A stretch of 64,000 bases of DNA, taken from assembly GCA_028534125.1 (NCBI GenBank), contig CM052816.1, forward strand, positions 49,664,001 through 49,728,000, given 5' to 3'. Origin of the DNA: Lama glama. Lineage: Eukaryota. Position 1 is the first letter of the stretch. The number at the start of each line of letters is the position of its first letter. Below are positions 12,308 to 25,773 of this stretch, piece after piece. The translations under genes and the position numbers were made by a program. Below the pieces are notes generated by a model. It saw only the letters and a program-made list of their open reading frames with translations, ran no database searches and was not told the origin of the DNA.

Positions 12308-13639
12308 AAGTGCATTGTGAGTTTATATCTGGAAATCCATGTTCAGCTCTAGTCACTGTACCTCAGTCAGCTTGAGGGTGGGCAGCAAGGTTTTATGTTC
12401 TCAGTGAGGAATCAGAACTCTGCTAGGTGTCTTGATAATAGAATCCAATTTTGAATGAGGCTATTTTTTTTACAATTCTCAGAAAGAAGTTATAGAAGTA
12501 AAAACCTCAAAAATCATAGCTATTATTATTAGAAATGAACTATAAAAGTGACCAAATATGGAAATTCCTATTTTATAGGAGGATTGCTATGCCAATTTTT
12601 TCTTTGTTATAAAACAATTTAGTATATTTCAGTATATTTGGAATAGATCAGGACTTTTTTCTGGAAATAATAATGTCTTGATCTATGACAAAGAGAAATG
12701 TACATGCAAAGGAGTTTAACTTTCATTTCATTACATTTTATTCTGTGAACATTTGTATCTACTCTTTAATTAAACATGATTTATTCAGATTGAGGTCTGT
12801 TTCCATTTAGATTGCTTGCAGTGTTAATCACAATGCAAATAGAACTGAAAGAACTCTTGCATTATACTAATATATAAACGTTTCTATGTAATTCTCATCT
12901 GTGGTGTGCGCCTACATGTTACTAGATGTGTATGGAATGCTTTACTTATTTTGCTACTATGTTAAAGTATGTAACTCATTTAATATAACATTTATATTTT
13001 TATGAATTTATATAGACATAGTTTTTTGAGTTAAAAAAATTTTTAATGCACAGACAAGAGGTCCATTTCTTATCACACACTGAGTACGGATAGAAAGCAT
13101 TTTCACTTCAGCAAATGCAATTCCAGTTTATTCCATCTCATGTTAACTTCTTGATAAAGATGTAACTGTATTGTTAGAAACAAATGTTCTTAATTATAAC
13201 TTCTTTCGTTGATGATTATAGATCTGACCTGATGAACAAATAGAAGTTCAAAGGTTCAAAGGTTGATGTGTCTTAATTAAATTCACAGGTGCTACTTATT
13301 GTGTAAAGACTTGGAAGAAATAAGGAAGAAAAGAAAAACAGTGCCTGAATATTCTTAATAGTATATATTAAAAACTCTTGATTGTTCTACCCACTGTGAA
13401 AACTTCCTCCTATTAACATTTCAAAGAAGCAAGAGTTAGGTTTTATTTACCGGTGATATAGTTCAGTATTAAATTTAGAAATGCTTTGAGTACCTGAGAA
13501 TTAATATGTATGTGGTACCTATTAGCATCAAATCCTGGGTGGGTCTCTGTCCTGCCTGGCTTCATTTATTTCTTAAATCCATCCCACGTATGGCTTCACC
13601 AGGGCTTTCTAGAGTACGGGGATACAGAGGGTGCCCTCC

Positions 13640-13960
13640 CAGCCAGCTCCAAGTCTTCAGTGCCAAAAAATAAAGGCCAGCTTCTTTATCTGACCCTAAG
13701 GGTTCATGGTAATCTGGTCCCCGTCTACATCCTCAGACTTGGTTCCCAGCACTCCCCTTCCCACTCTCTGCTCCAGACTGTGCTATTCATGAACTGGACA
13801 CATTGTCATACCATGAACATTTGTCTACAAAGTTGTGACTCATCCTGGATCCCTGCTTGAACATACACCACCATCCTCATCCTGTTTTTATTAACCCTAA
13901 TTAAAACTTTCCTTCAAATCCAAGATAAATTCTATTTCCCTTATGTGGTCGTTTCCAGAC
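13640..13960 (+). mobile_element. LINE-2 fragment
   Basis: CACTCTCTGCTCCAGACTGTGCT...CCTTCAAATCCAAGATAAAT are L2-type motifs. Confidence 0.5.
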
Positions 13961-14356
13961 ATTAATATTCAGTTTTTTCCCTATAAGTATTTAAAAGGTA
14001 GCTTTTTATGTCTAACTTTACAAAATAAGGCAATACATTCTTTAAGATAGGAAGATTAAGTAGGAAGATTAAACTTCTTATCAACCACTGACGTTATTCT
14101 CACCTAAAACAATTGCAGTAGATACAACACAGGGAAAGGCATGTTAGTCATATTCCAAAGTAGCCAGCTATTGCCACTGCCTCGCACTGAGCTGGCAAGA
14201 AAATACGTGACACAGTGACTTTTGTTGCCACTTTCAAAATTTGATGAAAATATTTTGCATGTTGGTCCAATATAAATAAAGACTAAGTGAAATTTTGTAA
14301 AGACTAAAAAAGAACTAAATATTTCATCAGATTAGAAAAAGAAATAAATGACATAT

Positions 14357-14402
14357 TCTTCCTTTCCCTTCCCTTCCTTCCTTCCTACCTTCCTTCCTTC
14401 CT
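14357..14402. repeat. (CCTT)n-like pyrimidine simple repeat
   Basis: TTCCTTTCCCTTCCCTTCCTTCCTTCCTACCTTCCTTCCTTCC. Confidence 0.85.
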
Positions 14403-15871
14403 GGAGAGTTTTAATGTCAAGTATTTGGGAGTATATTATATTTTGTAGTACATAGCTATTTTTAAAAATTATCAGATTCTGATTTTATCCTATTATTTGA
14501 TGTTATAAAGTGTGCAAATTATTTAGATTCTTTCTAACCACAGTCATGAATTGTCTCCACTCTAAATCTGTAGCAATTCACTAGAAACTAAAAAGGATGG
14601 CTTTCAGAGAAAGTGATCACCTGCCTAAGGAAGTTTAGAACAAGCTTTGCTGTAAACTTAAAATGAGGGTAACCATACTGCTTCCAAGAGAAGATGTTGT
14701 TGAGAAGAAAGAAGTTAAAGGAAAGGGCAAAATAGGGGATTTCTAGTATTTTGTCCTTATTTGGTATTGAGGGAGCAGTGTAATAATCATATTGTTTTAA
14801 GCACTGTGAAAAACCAGGACTTTGAAATAACTTTTGATACGTTGTAGTGTATCAGAAGGCACATTACACATTTGAAATATTTTTTTTTCAGATTGTAGCA
14901 ATATTTTGTTAGAAATTTCATCAAGGAACAGTTACTGGGCACTAGTGGTCTTCCAGATAGATTTGTTGGGGTACAAAGAACAGTGCAGGGCAGGTGCTGC
15001 ATTTGTAAAGCTCACAGACTGACTCAGTGAAAAGGTGAAAGACACATGAACAGAAAGCCCATAAGTAACTCCATCTGAGTGTGTAAGCAGGAGCTGCGGT
15101 AATAAGAGCAGAGCGGGAGTTCAGCTGAAGTAGACGATAGGAAGAGACAGCACTGGGGAGCAGTGTGTGCCCTCTGACTACAGGCCTACCTCCCACAGAC
15201 CCTAGCATGTGCTGTGCTTACAGGGAACGGTGTGTAAATATCAGTGACTGATATCTGCCAGAATTAGTCACTATTTCTTTTTTTGTTCAAAATCCCATTT
15301 GTTGTCTCTGTTGTCCAAAATTAGCATGGAAATTAGTATAACCTGCTAAATGTTTTATGTTTCATGTGATTTTGCATCAGGTATAATAATGGTATAGCAA
15401 AGGTAAGTCCCTTTAGTCACCCTAACTTTAGAAACCCTTGAGTGAGATTAGGAAGTGATCATCATTTGCATTTATTATACTTTGCATGTAACGAGCTTTA
15501 GCTATTAACTTTAATTTGCTTCTCATCGCATTCATCAAGGGTGAACTATTTAGAAACTAAAACATCTCTGTCAGTTAGAATTTTAATGAATTAAGATGAA
15601 AGGAGACAGTGTTAATTGGCAGTGGTTGCTGCAGGGGAGGTTTCTAGATCTTAAAAGTGAGACCAATTCATTTCTCTATCAGGGTTAATTTGTTTGATTT
15701 AATTCTAAGGATACACTGCATATTTCCCCAAACTATTCATATTTACTTTCTGGATTGGAGAGTGGTTTAGTTTTGTTGGTCTTTTATTTGGATTCTCAAT
15801 TCCATTTCAACTTGATTTAATTTGATTGTTAATAAATTGTCAGTTGTAAGCACTGTTTGCATTATTGACTA

Positions 15872-15872
<1 letters not shown>

Positions 15873-15903
<31 letters not shown>
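15873..15903. repeat. (AC)n microsatellite about 110 nt upstream of the EGF3 exon
   Basis: About 15 uninterrupted AC units. Confidence 0.97.
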
Positions 15904-15904
<1 letters not shown>

Positions 15905-16012
15905 CCTAATAGCATTATTTTGACGTGGTTTTATTTGGAATGCCTAAAACCTTCCAATAATTAATCATTTTTTTCCACCGATAATTCTCTTCCTCTGTTC
16001 TATGTTCTGCAG

Positions 16013-16126
16013 ATATAAATGAATGTGAAGCTGAGCCTTGCAAAAATGGTGGAATATGCACAGACCTTGTTGCTAACTATTCCTGTGAGTGCCCAGGGGA
16101 GTTTATGGGAAGAAATTGTCAATACA
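16013..16126 (+). CDS. EDIL3: EDIL3/Del-1 internal coding exon encoding the third (calcium-binding) EGF-like repeat; equivalent to human exon 5
   Basis: A pyrimidine tract and TGCAG acceptor (AG 16011-16012) precede it, and an ACA|GTAAGT donor follows (GT 16127). It is 114 nt, phase 1-1, and translates (N)[37 protein letters not shown](K). This has six-Cys EGF spacing, a C-x-D-x4-Y-x-C hydroxylation motif and an N-Y-S sequon, and matches EDIL3 EGF3 as I recall it. It is too short for the ORF track. Confidence 0.97.
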
Positions 16127-16767
16127 GTAAGTATTCATATATATCTGAATATATATATGTATATACCTTTATTTGCATAACCTCCATCTATTATGGAATC
16201 TGGGTCAAAGTCAATGTAATTTGCTTCCAGAGTTCATAATGTATTGAAATGGTACATGTCATACTTGTTGTTAATGTTATCCATGTACATATACTCTCCA
16301 GGATGGGTGTCACTCAGAGCATGATAGGCATAGGAGTGGTCACCTGATAGTCTCACAGGAGACCAGCAGTTCCTCAGAGAACCAAGTGCATTGCTCCCAT
16401 GGGCTCCATTTAGACTTTTGAGTATGTGTATAACCTAAATTTCCCCCAGAGTGGATACTCTGGCTCAAACAATAAATTCAGGGCATTCTAACCAGATAGC
16501 CTTCATCACAGATAAAAGGTAGAGATTAACAAGGATTCATGTTGAACTGGCCGAGACATTGGTCAGAATTTTACGTGCTATTTATTTGTCTTCTTGGAAG
16601 CCTAAAACAGTAGGGTCTTGAGACAGTGGGTCAGATTATAGGACAATAATTTGCCTGAAGTGTTTACAAATAAGCACAAAGCATCCCTCAAACTAGGGAA
16701 AGGTAGTAACAGGATTACAGTCAGTGGGAGGAGACCAGAATTAGGTACAAATGCATGCTAATGAGAA

Positions 16768-16965
16768 CAATAATTATTAATTGTTGGGCACTTACAGAAA
16801 CTTCATAGAGCTACTGCTTTGATGTGTGTATTATTACAGCATCGTAACATTATGCAGATTCAGAAGGCAGATGGGGATGAGAATTCAGGTTCAAGAGCTG
16901 AGACACATAGGCTGTGTGCTTTACCCAAGCCCTCATGGTTAGTGACAGAAACAGGACTGGAAGGA
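16768..16965 (-). mobile_element. MIR SINE (antisense)
   Basis: TTGGGCACTTAC...ACTTCATAG...TTACCCAAGCCCTCATGGTTAGTGACAGAAACAGGACTGGAA. Confidence 0.55.
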
Positions 16966-18957
16966 ATCTATAATCAGGTCTTTTCAACATATTTTTCCAT
17001 ATAGAGTTGAACAAGATAAACGTGAAAGCACCCTCTATCTCTTCTCTCCCTTACACACTCACACGTACGCGTACACGTACACGTACACAATCCACCCCCT
17101 TCTGCTTTAGCCAGAGGAGCAATTTTATTTCTCACCTTCTCTCTCTTTCTTCCCCCTTACCATTGTTACTTCATAAAATAAAACGGAAAATTAGTGAATT
17201 TATTTGGGTTTTATATATAAACAAAATGATCATCTTGGGATTCTTATCACCCTAGTCCTGAAAAACCTCATTAAGATAATGAAATTTTGACTATCAAAGA
17301 AATACCTCAGATTGGGGGGTAATTTTTCTAGGCTTAAAAGTAATTGGAGAAGGAAATTGAGCATGAGTTAATAAAGGAAGCTTCAGGCAAGGATGAATGG
17401 AAGGAAAGGACCGTCTAAGTAAGCAGGTTGATCATACAACCAAATAGACCAATAGCTACCCAGTTATCTAACCTAGCAAACTTCCTGTAAAGCATTTAAC
17501 TGACCACTCACCAAGTTAACTTAAATTCAGATTCATCTGGTCCTGGGCCCACCCAGGCCCAGCTCTTGTGTCCTTTTCCCTTTAGTTCACGGGACTTGAA
17601 GATGGCTGCCTAGTCAGCCCTTGCCCCTTGTCCTGACCGAGGAGCACTTAGACAGTCAGTTGGTTGCCTACCCGATAAAAATTAATAGAGACCTGGACGT
17701 GAGCTAGAATTTGAAATTGATGAAGCCTTTTCATCCCTGCATCAGAAATTTTATGGAGGTCACCACCTCTAAATATACCCCTGAAAGGAAAGAAACCTAA
17801 CTGATTAGAATGAACATATTGAAATACTTTGGACTTAATTGTCACCAGTTTGTGTCTAGTGTCTTCCAGTCAGTTTTTGCTGTTGTGTTTAATTAAAATT
17901 CTTTGTTTTTCTTTAACTTGGTTTTATCTTTGTAGTATATTTATGTTTGAACTCAGACTTCTCTCTGAACATGAAAGTGGTAGTGAGGTACCTCCCTTAA
18001 CTTATCACATGCTCTGATATTCTACCCTTTCCTCTGTTCATCTCTGTGTCCAGACAGAGATTGATGAGAGTCACCTAACATACAGTTTAAAATACGTTCC
18101 TAATGGGGTATTTGTTTTTATTGTTTTGATTTGTAAGATTGTGTAATGAATTCAGAATCCTGATTCTTCCCATTGTCTAGGTTTCTAAGGATATGGTTTT
18201 GCTTTTCCTGTGGTTTTTTAGAATGTTTAGGAAATCTAGAGCAAGAAAGTGCATCTTGCCGCAGTGATGATTTAGTACTATGCACTAAGAACTTAGATCC
18301 TTCACTTACTGCAGGGCATGCAGAAGCACCTGCAGGTTACAGGTGCCAGCTCCAAGCTGACTGAGTTTAGGATTTTGGGAGTAGACATTACATAGATTAT
18401 AGCCAATTTGCCCACTTCCACTCTGAAGTAAGATTGATAAACTTTCTTCAGGCTTTGTATCATGTCCCACAGGGGTACCACCAGGTCAGCTTTCACCTGC
18501 ACTAATGGCAGGGAAGCCATTTGCTTTAGTAGATATCTCATGACAGGGAGAAGGGAGAGTGATGGAGACTCACTGCTGGGTGGGTCAGAGGACACTCGTA
18601 CCAAAATGATGTCATCTTGGTGTTCAAATCCAAGCTGCCTTTAGTCTCATTTGGGGCTCCTGCACTCATATTTGCTTTACTTACTCCACTTCTCTCTTAT
18701 TTGTGCTGATGGGATAATTAAGTTCTGGTATATTTTAAAATGAAATCATTCTCAGTGCCCCCCAAAATAACAAATAATAGAAGATGTTGCAAAGGAAAGA
18801 ATTAATTTTGTAAAATTTATGCAAAACAGTAAACTATAAACACAAATAATAAACTGGGGACATATTTACAATAAACGTGAAAGGCAATATTTCTCATCCT
18901 TAATTTATTATATCTTTCAATTCAATGAAATTAAACATAACAACTATCATTTTCTTA

Positions 18958-19374
18958 GGCCCTGCTCCAGCCACGCTGGCCTCCTAGCTGTCCCTGGCAA
19001 ACACCTGGCATGTTCTTACCCTAGAGCCTTTCCTTTCCCTTCTCCCTTTTTCTGTAATATTCTCTGTTATGAATACTCCCACGCTTCCTTCACGTCATTA
19101 CATAAAAGACATCTTCTCAACGAGGCTTTCCCCAGCCTCTCCACGTCCCTTCCTCAATGCTCCGAAACACACACTCGTCCCCTTCTCTGCTATAGTTTTT
19201 TTGCTTAGCATTTAATCACTCTGTCACATTTTTATTTTAATATATTGTCTATGATTGTTTCTCCCATGAAGTATATTCCAGGACGGTGAGATTTTGCTGT
19301 TGTAATCACAGTTGCCAGAACAGGGCTGGCATACAGTAAGTGCTCAATAAATATTTGCTGAATGAATGAATGAA
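18958..19374 (+). mobile_element. LINE-2 (L2a-like) 3' end
   Basis: CTGCTCCAGCCACGCTGGCCTCCT...CTGGCATACAGTAAGTGCTCAATAAATATTTGCTGAATGAATGAATGAA is the canonical L2a terminus. Confidence 0.9.
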
Positions 19375-19669
19375 GCTAGCACTCCCTTAAGTATAGGGAT
19401 AATATCTGATTTCTCTTTGTTCTCAATTACTGTCAAGTCATTTTTCACCTGACTTTTCATTTTTAAGCAGTATTCTAAAGCTGCTTTTGCCAATATAGTA
19501 AATACAATCTGCTATATTATTTGGTACTCAATAAATGGTATTGCAAGTTGAATTGCTTTCCTTCAACTCGATAAAATCTTTTATAACTGTCTTTTGCAGT
19601 GGGGTTAAGAGAGGTAAATAGGGACATGTTTCTCATTTTAGGTCACTTCTACATGCAGACATCTATATG

Positions 19670-20068
19670 ATATATATGTACATACACACCATATCTTCAT
19701 TATCCATTTATCTGTTGATGAACCACTAGGTTACTTCCATGTCTTGCCTATTGTAAATAGTGCTGCTATGAACATTGGTTGCATGTATCTTCCAGCCCAG
19801 GAGTGGGATTGCTGGATCATATGGTAACTCTATTTTTAGTTTTTTAAGGACCCTACATATTGTTCTCCATAGTGGCCAATTTACATTCCCATCAACAGTG
19901 TAGGAGGGTTCGCTTTTCTCCACACCCTCTCCAGCATTTATTATTTGTAGACTTCTTAATATTGGCCATTCTTACTGGTGTGAGGTGATACCTCATTGTA
20001 GTTTTGATTTTCATTTCTGTAATATTTAGTGATGTTGAGCATTTTTTCATGTGCTTTTTGGCCATCTG
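19670..20068 (-). mobile_element. LINE-1 ORF2 C-terminal fragment
   Basis: ORF 19726..19923(-) reads [15 protein letters not shown]...[18 protein letters not shown]. Confidence 0.92.
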
Positions 20069-21699
20069 AAATATTTTTAATATTAATGATATACTACATT
20101 TTTAAAACCTGAGTATACTTATTCATTTTCACTTAAAGGCAAGATGTTTATGTTGAGATGCTACTTTAATATTATTTTAAAAGTTATCTGAATTCTTTAT
20201 TATAATGTATGTTTTTAATTAATATAGCTATTAAATACCTTTACTTTATGAGGAATAAATTTCTATCTAACCCTATCTATTATGATATACCTAATTATGT
20301 GATCATAATTATTATGCATATCAATCACTTATTAAACATTTTTAATATGTTTTTACATAACAATTACATAACAATGTAATTATTTCAAATGTTAACAACA
20401 CATGTCTTAATACTTGGCAAAGACTCTGCCTGTTATTTTCACATTATTTCCTAATGCTTATAGGTGGGTTAAGGCAATCATACATCTGATTTAAATCATT
20501 TCAGTTTAAATTTCCAGATACTGTTCATATAAGTTATGATTGACTTTGCCAGATCTCAGTTACTTTTAGTTTTATTTTTCATTTGTTCATTACAGGAGAT
20601 TTGATTGTTTGATTATTTGTTTATTTTATTTAAAGTTACTTTTGATTAATAGATAAAAATTATTTAGATGTTTCTATAGTATTTATTACAGTATTACAGG
20701 TATTCTTCTAATTAAACTTCTAATTTATGTTCCCTTGTTGCTTCTTAAATGATACATGCTCAAGTGTTCAGATAGCCATTTTCATAGACAGTTTGAAAGG
20801 ACAATGATGATGAACTGGAATGAGGAATCTGTTCTCATAAGAACAGGTTTATGCTTTGCCATGTAGGTTTAACAGATCATGATATTTAAATTAAAGTGAG
20901 TACAATGGAAATTGATAGCACTTTAGTTTACTAATCTAAAATAAGTAGAATTGTTTTCATTTATTGGGCCACGTGGCCCACAGTAGCCATATACAGTTCC
21001 CTCCTGGGTGTTTAAGTGTGACATGATTAAATTTCAGAAATAGCACTCAAATTCATTTCCATCACTAATACTATTTCTGGAAATTAAGATAGTCACCAAG
21101 GGAGCTCTTATAATACAACATCCCCAAACTATTATGCCAGAAAATATTGAGACGAGGCTGATTTCAGAGAGTTTTATTAAAAAAGAAAGCTAAAATCCTC
21201 AACTGAAGATAAAGTGATATTTCTAAATGCCAAAATAATCCAGTTTTTTAAATTTATAAAATAATCTAGGTAATTCTATAGCACTTTAAGAATTCCATCT
21301 ATAAAGTCCTAAGGACAAAAGGTGATAGATAATACATGTGAATATGGTTTAAAAACTATAAATGAATATTTCTGTATATTCAGTTTTTTTGAGCAGCTGT
21401 ACTTCTTTAAACCTTCATTACAAATGAGGTAGTATTTACAAATACACAATCATCTACAATATATACTATTAAATGCACATATGTATTCTTTTGATATCAG
21501 GGTGTGCTGCCAAGTACATCTGTACATACGTAGGCTTATGCAGTGAAAATTGTTAAAGTATTTTATGGATAAATACATGATGTGATAATGTGTTTTTATA
21601 TGCTCAACACTTCATTATTGCTTTTGTAAAGGCAAATTTGTAAAGAAATACAGTCAACTTACCTAAATATTTTATCACCAATTTTCATATGATAGTGTT

Positions 21700-22215
21700 G
21701 AGTTTAATTTAGGCTTTAAGTATGAGCCCAGCTCTGTCCTAAGGACTTTAAATATTAATTTATTTGACCCTTTAACACTCTTTATCATAGATTCTGTTTA
21801 TCATTGGCTCCATTTTACAGAGAAAACTGAGCTACTGAGTGATTAAATAATTTGCTTAGATTCACAAGGCTGGTAACCTGCAGATCCTGGCCTTAACCCC
21901 AGGCATTGCAATGAGTGCCTGCTCTCCGAAGCATGACGCCTTGGCCCTTGGAGAACCCTGTAGATTACAGTGTACGCTTAAAGAACGTTTGCACCTGAGG
22001 AGTGGTCTTGGCAAGGGGTGGCAGAGATAAGAGGAAAGGGCACTGGCTTTGCATTCAAATAGAAATGGAGTTTAAACTCTGGCTTTTTTCATTTGTAACA
22101 ATAGGTCTGAGCAACATTAATTGCCCTTTCTGAGCCTCAGATTCCTCATCTGTAAATGGAATGAATAATACCTTTTGGTTTATATTGATGGGCAGATTAA
22201 AATTAATAGCATATC
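21700..22215. mobile_element. Two MIR SINEs: antisense at about 21700-21930 and sense at about 22030-22215
   Basis: Cores are CCATTTTACAGAGAAAACTGAG (21809-21830) and TCTGAGCCTCAGATTCCTCATCTGTAAATGGAATGAATAATACC (22129-22172). Confidence 0.75.
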
Positions 22216-23044
22216 TCAAATACCTAATAAATTACCTAGGTCAGTAAATGTAAATAAACAATTGCATAAATAATTAAGTAGACAGAAGGATCCTTGAGTT
22301 ATTTGAAAAGCTGATGCCAGTATGTTCCACTTTTCCTTTGTTACAATTTTGTGAAATTTAAAATTTTTAAACAACTGCCTATCCTTAGTAACTGTGTGTA
22401 TAAGAACAAAATGTATAGAAATTAGCTTTAATGCCTTGCATAATACCATGATTTACAAGTACATATTTAGGAAATCCAGTGGCATTAACATAATTTTAAT
22501 AAACAAATATTATTAATCCATCCAAAACCATTATATGAGATAGGAGTTGCTTAAATTATTTTTAAAACATGGCATTATAACATACTTCTGAACCACAAAC
22601 ACCTAAGTTCATTTCTTTACGTTTTTATGTTTGTAATAATTGTCAGCTGTCACTGTTAATTTGATTAAGTATTTTAGTGAATTGTGAACAGAGACTAACT
22701 GTGGAACAAATATTCCAGTATTTTCTTATACTATGTAGATAGTCAAAGATTATAGTTTTATCCTGTATAACTGTAAATTCCTACTCTGATTTATCCAGGT
22801 ATGACATGGATCCAAAAGCCAAATATAAAGAGATTCTGATTAAAATAAAGAATGTTAAAAAATCAGAGATGTTTATAAGGAAGTAAAAATAAGAATTAAT
22901 ATACACATAAATTTAATAAGGAAATTGTATAAGTCCAGTGTTATAACATAGTGAATATATTCCATTATGTTGTCAAATAAACTTAGCCACAAATATTTAT
23001 CGGGTTTTTCAATGCATAACTATGTACAAATTTTTCAGAACATA

Positions 23045-23480
23045 AATGAGTTCATTTACCAAATTGCATCAAACAGTAGCTATGCTCTGGAGCTGGGACA
23101 ATAATGGTAGTTAAATTCAGTTCCTTCTCTTATGGAGTTTACAGATCAGTGGGAGAGAAAAACAAGAATTACATAATGTCTAAGTTTAAAACATGATGAG
23201 TGCCATGAATGAGGACACCTGTTTTGTTTTGGGGAGTTTAAGGACATGACATTTGAACTGAGGCTAGAAGAATATGTAGTTAGTACTAAACAGATAAAGG
23301 GCTCTGGAAACGAGAATTTTACAAGAAGGATGATATTCCCAAGGATAAACAGACCCTTTGTCCTTAGAATCTTTGTATTAAGTGTATGAATTATGATTGC
23401 TTTGTAATCATCATGTGATGAGATTTGTAGGATGATCAACTTACATTTTAGATTTTGACAAGATGGGATCAAGATCAATT
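23045..23480 (-). mobile_element. LINE-2 fragment (antisense)
   Basis: TATGCTCTGGAGCTGGGACAATAATGG...TATGGAGTTTACAG...GACATGACATTTGAACTGAGGCT. Confidence 0.6.
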
Positions 23481-25557
23481 GATGACAAGAATATTTATAT
23501 ATTAAAAACCCATCTCATAAATTGTGTTTTTGTGCATCCACAAGGGATTTTTAAAACACCAAAATAGAATTTAACTTTTGCAAATGTAGCAAGAAATCAA
23601 AGAAAAGCAGAGAAAAATTATTAATGCTAATTCTAGTTTTATTCCAGATTTAAAATATCTGCTCTGTTTTAGAAATTTGAAATGGTATGCTTTAGCAATA
23701 TTTGTCTTTGAAAGCATTGCCTAATATCAGCATAAGATTACTTTCCTTGAATAGATAGAATAGGAATTAATCCAGAATGCCAATAGGATGTGAGAAGGAC
23801 AGCTTACCTTGGGCTGTCACCTTTTGTGAACATAAAAATAATAAAAATAAGGAAATCAACTATGAGTTGATGAAAGGTTTATATTCAGGTTTAATTGTAT
23901 AATGTTAAATCCAAGATATATAATATTTTAAATCTACCAGTAAATATATAGAGAAATAAGTGGAAATAACCGTAACTATAAATACTTGAGTGTAGATACT
24001 CATTTTAACTTAATTCCTGACATTCTTTTTAAAGATACGACAATAAGTGAAAGAAAAAAGAAAAAAAAAACAACAGAATACTGTGCAAGTGTATCAGTAG
24101 CCCTCAAGGAAAGACATGATTCCAACATTACTGTAAGATGAAGTCTTTGCAACAATAAACACAAAAAATTGACTCAGTGACAAACCTGAATTGGATTTTC
24201 TGTGTCTGACATGGAAGTTCCATCTTCAATCAGTTCCCTCTGGGTATAATTTTTCCAAATTTTGCCCGACAATTTAGTACAGACATGTCACACTTCGAAA
24301 GTTCACCTGCTGTACCTTAAAGTGATGATCTAATAAAGGAATGACAGAAAAAATATCTGCAGAATGCTCAGATAGACCCCCTAGGACTTACTAAATACAT
24401 CTAACAAATTCAATCAGATTCTCATTACCTGACAGTTTTGTATCTGACTGCAAATAATTACTGAAACATCTAGTAAGACCTTTATTTTCAAATTATGTTA
24501 ACATTCCCATTATGTGGTAACCTGCATATATCCAGGGATTAAAATTTGGTTTTCGCATTTATTCTCCAGGCTAAAACTCACTCTAATATTTCCTATCTCA
24601 AAAACAAAGAAAGATAAAACATGCAGAGATCAGGAGAGTTTGGAAACAGGGTAACATGATTTTTCTTCATAACATTTAGAATTGTAGTATATAATTAAGA
24701 AATATTGTACTTTTCTCAGACTGTAAATATCAGTCTTCTCAATAATCACCCTATCCTCACTTTTGTTTAAAAAAAAAAAAGGGAAGAACCCAAGTAAAGT
24801 CTGTACACTCCAGAGAAACAAAAATCTCTCTATAAGAAAACTACTAGAAAAGAAGTCATCCTAGGACTTGAAAGTTAGAACATGATTAAAATGTAATTTG
24901 TAGGCTAGTCATTATACTGTACTTTTACCATCGCATTTTGGATTGCTTGGGTGAAATTTGAGTCTAAATATCAAAATGAGACTCAAGTGGTTATTTTGTA
25001 ATGGGGAAATGACAGGCATAAACCACTGTAGTTTCTGCTTTTATCAGATACACTGAACAGCAGAGATAAATGCTTTTCTCAAATAGGAAAAAGATCAGAA
25101 TATAGATGGTTTCTGATCTTTTACCAAACATGCACAATTTTCTGGGGTTTCCTGAAATCACAGAGTTTCAAATAGTTGCAATAACATTTAATGGCAACCA
25201 TGGAGCTGAGTTGGGCAGAAACCTAGTACCTGACAGGCCCCTAGCTGTGGTTTTCTACTCCATCAGCAGACTTGGAACTGATGGCTTCCAGCAGCATGTA
25301 ACACGAAGAGCCATGTACGTGTTTTGAGTCTGATCTTCAAAGCAACCTTCTTCAGCTGAAGGGAAGGGGCACAACAGATTTCTTTCCTGCGGAGGTATAT
25401 TGAGTTGTACGTATAGTTGGAAAGGTAGGACACGTCCTGAGAAGGTAGGACAGCTGGATATTAAAATGCAGATGATAACTCGGGAGCATTGGTAACACAG
25501 ATTCAGATTTGGGAATCAGATGAGAATGGTGAAGTGATAAGATGGAATGTTAGTACC

Positions 25558-25773
25558 GGTTTGAGATTTGCAAATATTAACTTCTATATGTAAAATAGAT
25601 AAACAAGTTTCTTCTGTATAGCACAGGGAACTCTCTATTCAATATCTTGTAGTAAACTGTAATGAAAAACTATATGAAAATGAATATATGTATGTATATG
25701 CATGACTGAAGCATTGTGCTGTACACCAGAAATTGACACATTGTAAACTAACTATACTCAATTAAAAAAAAAA
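25558..25773 (+). mobile_element. Short artiodactyl-type L1 3' end with poly(A), sense orientation, apparently inserted into a decayed L2
   Basis: CTGTATAGCACAGGGAACT...GCTGTACACCAGAAATTGACACATTGTAAACTAACTATACTCAATTAAAAAAAAAA. It is homologous to 48636-48993 and to the reverse complement of 56690-56890. Confidence 0.88.

Noticed and set aside
24281..24290. AGACATGTCA p53-like half-site
   Set aside because: It is a single imperfect half-site with no adjacent partner, which is expected by chance.
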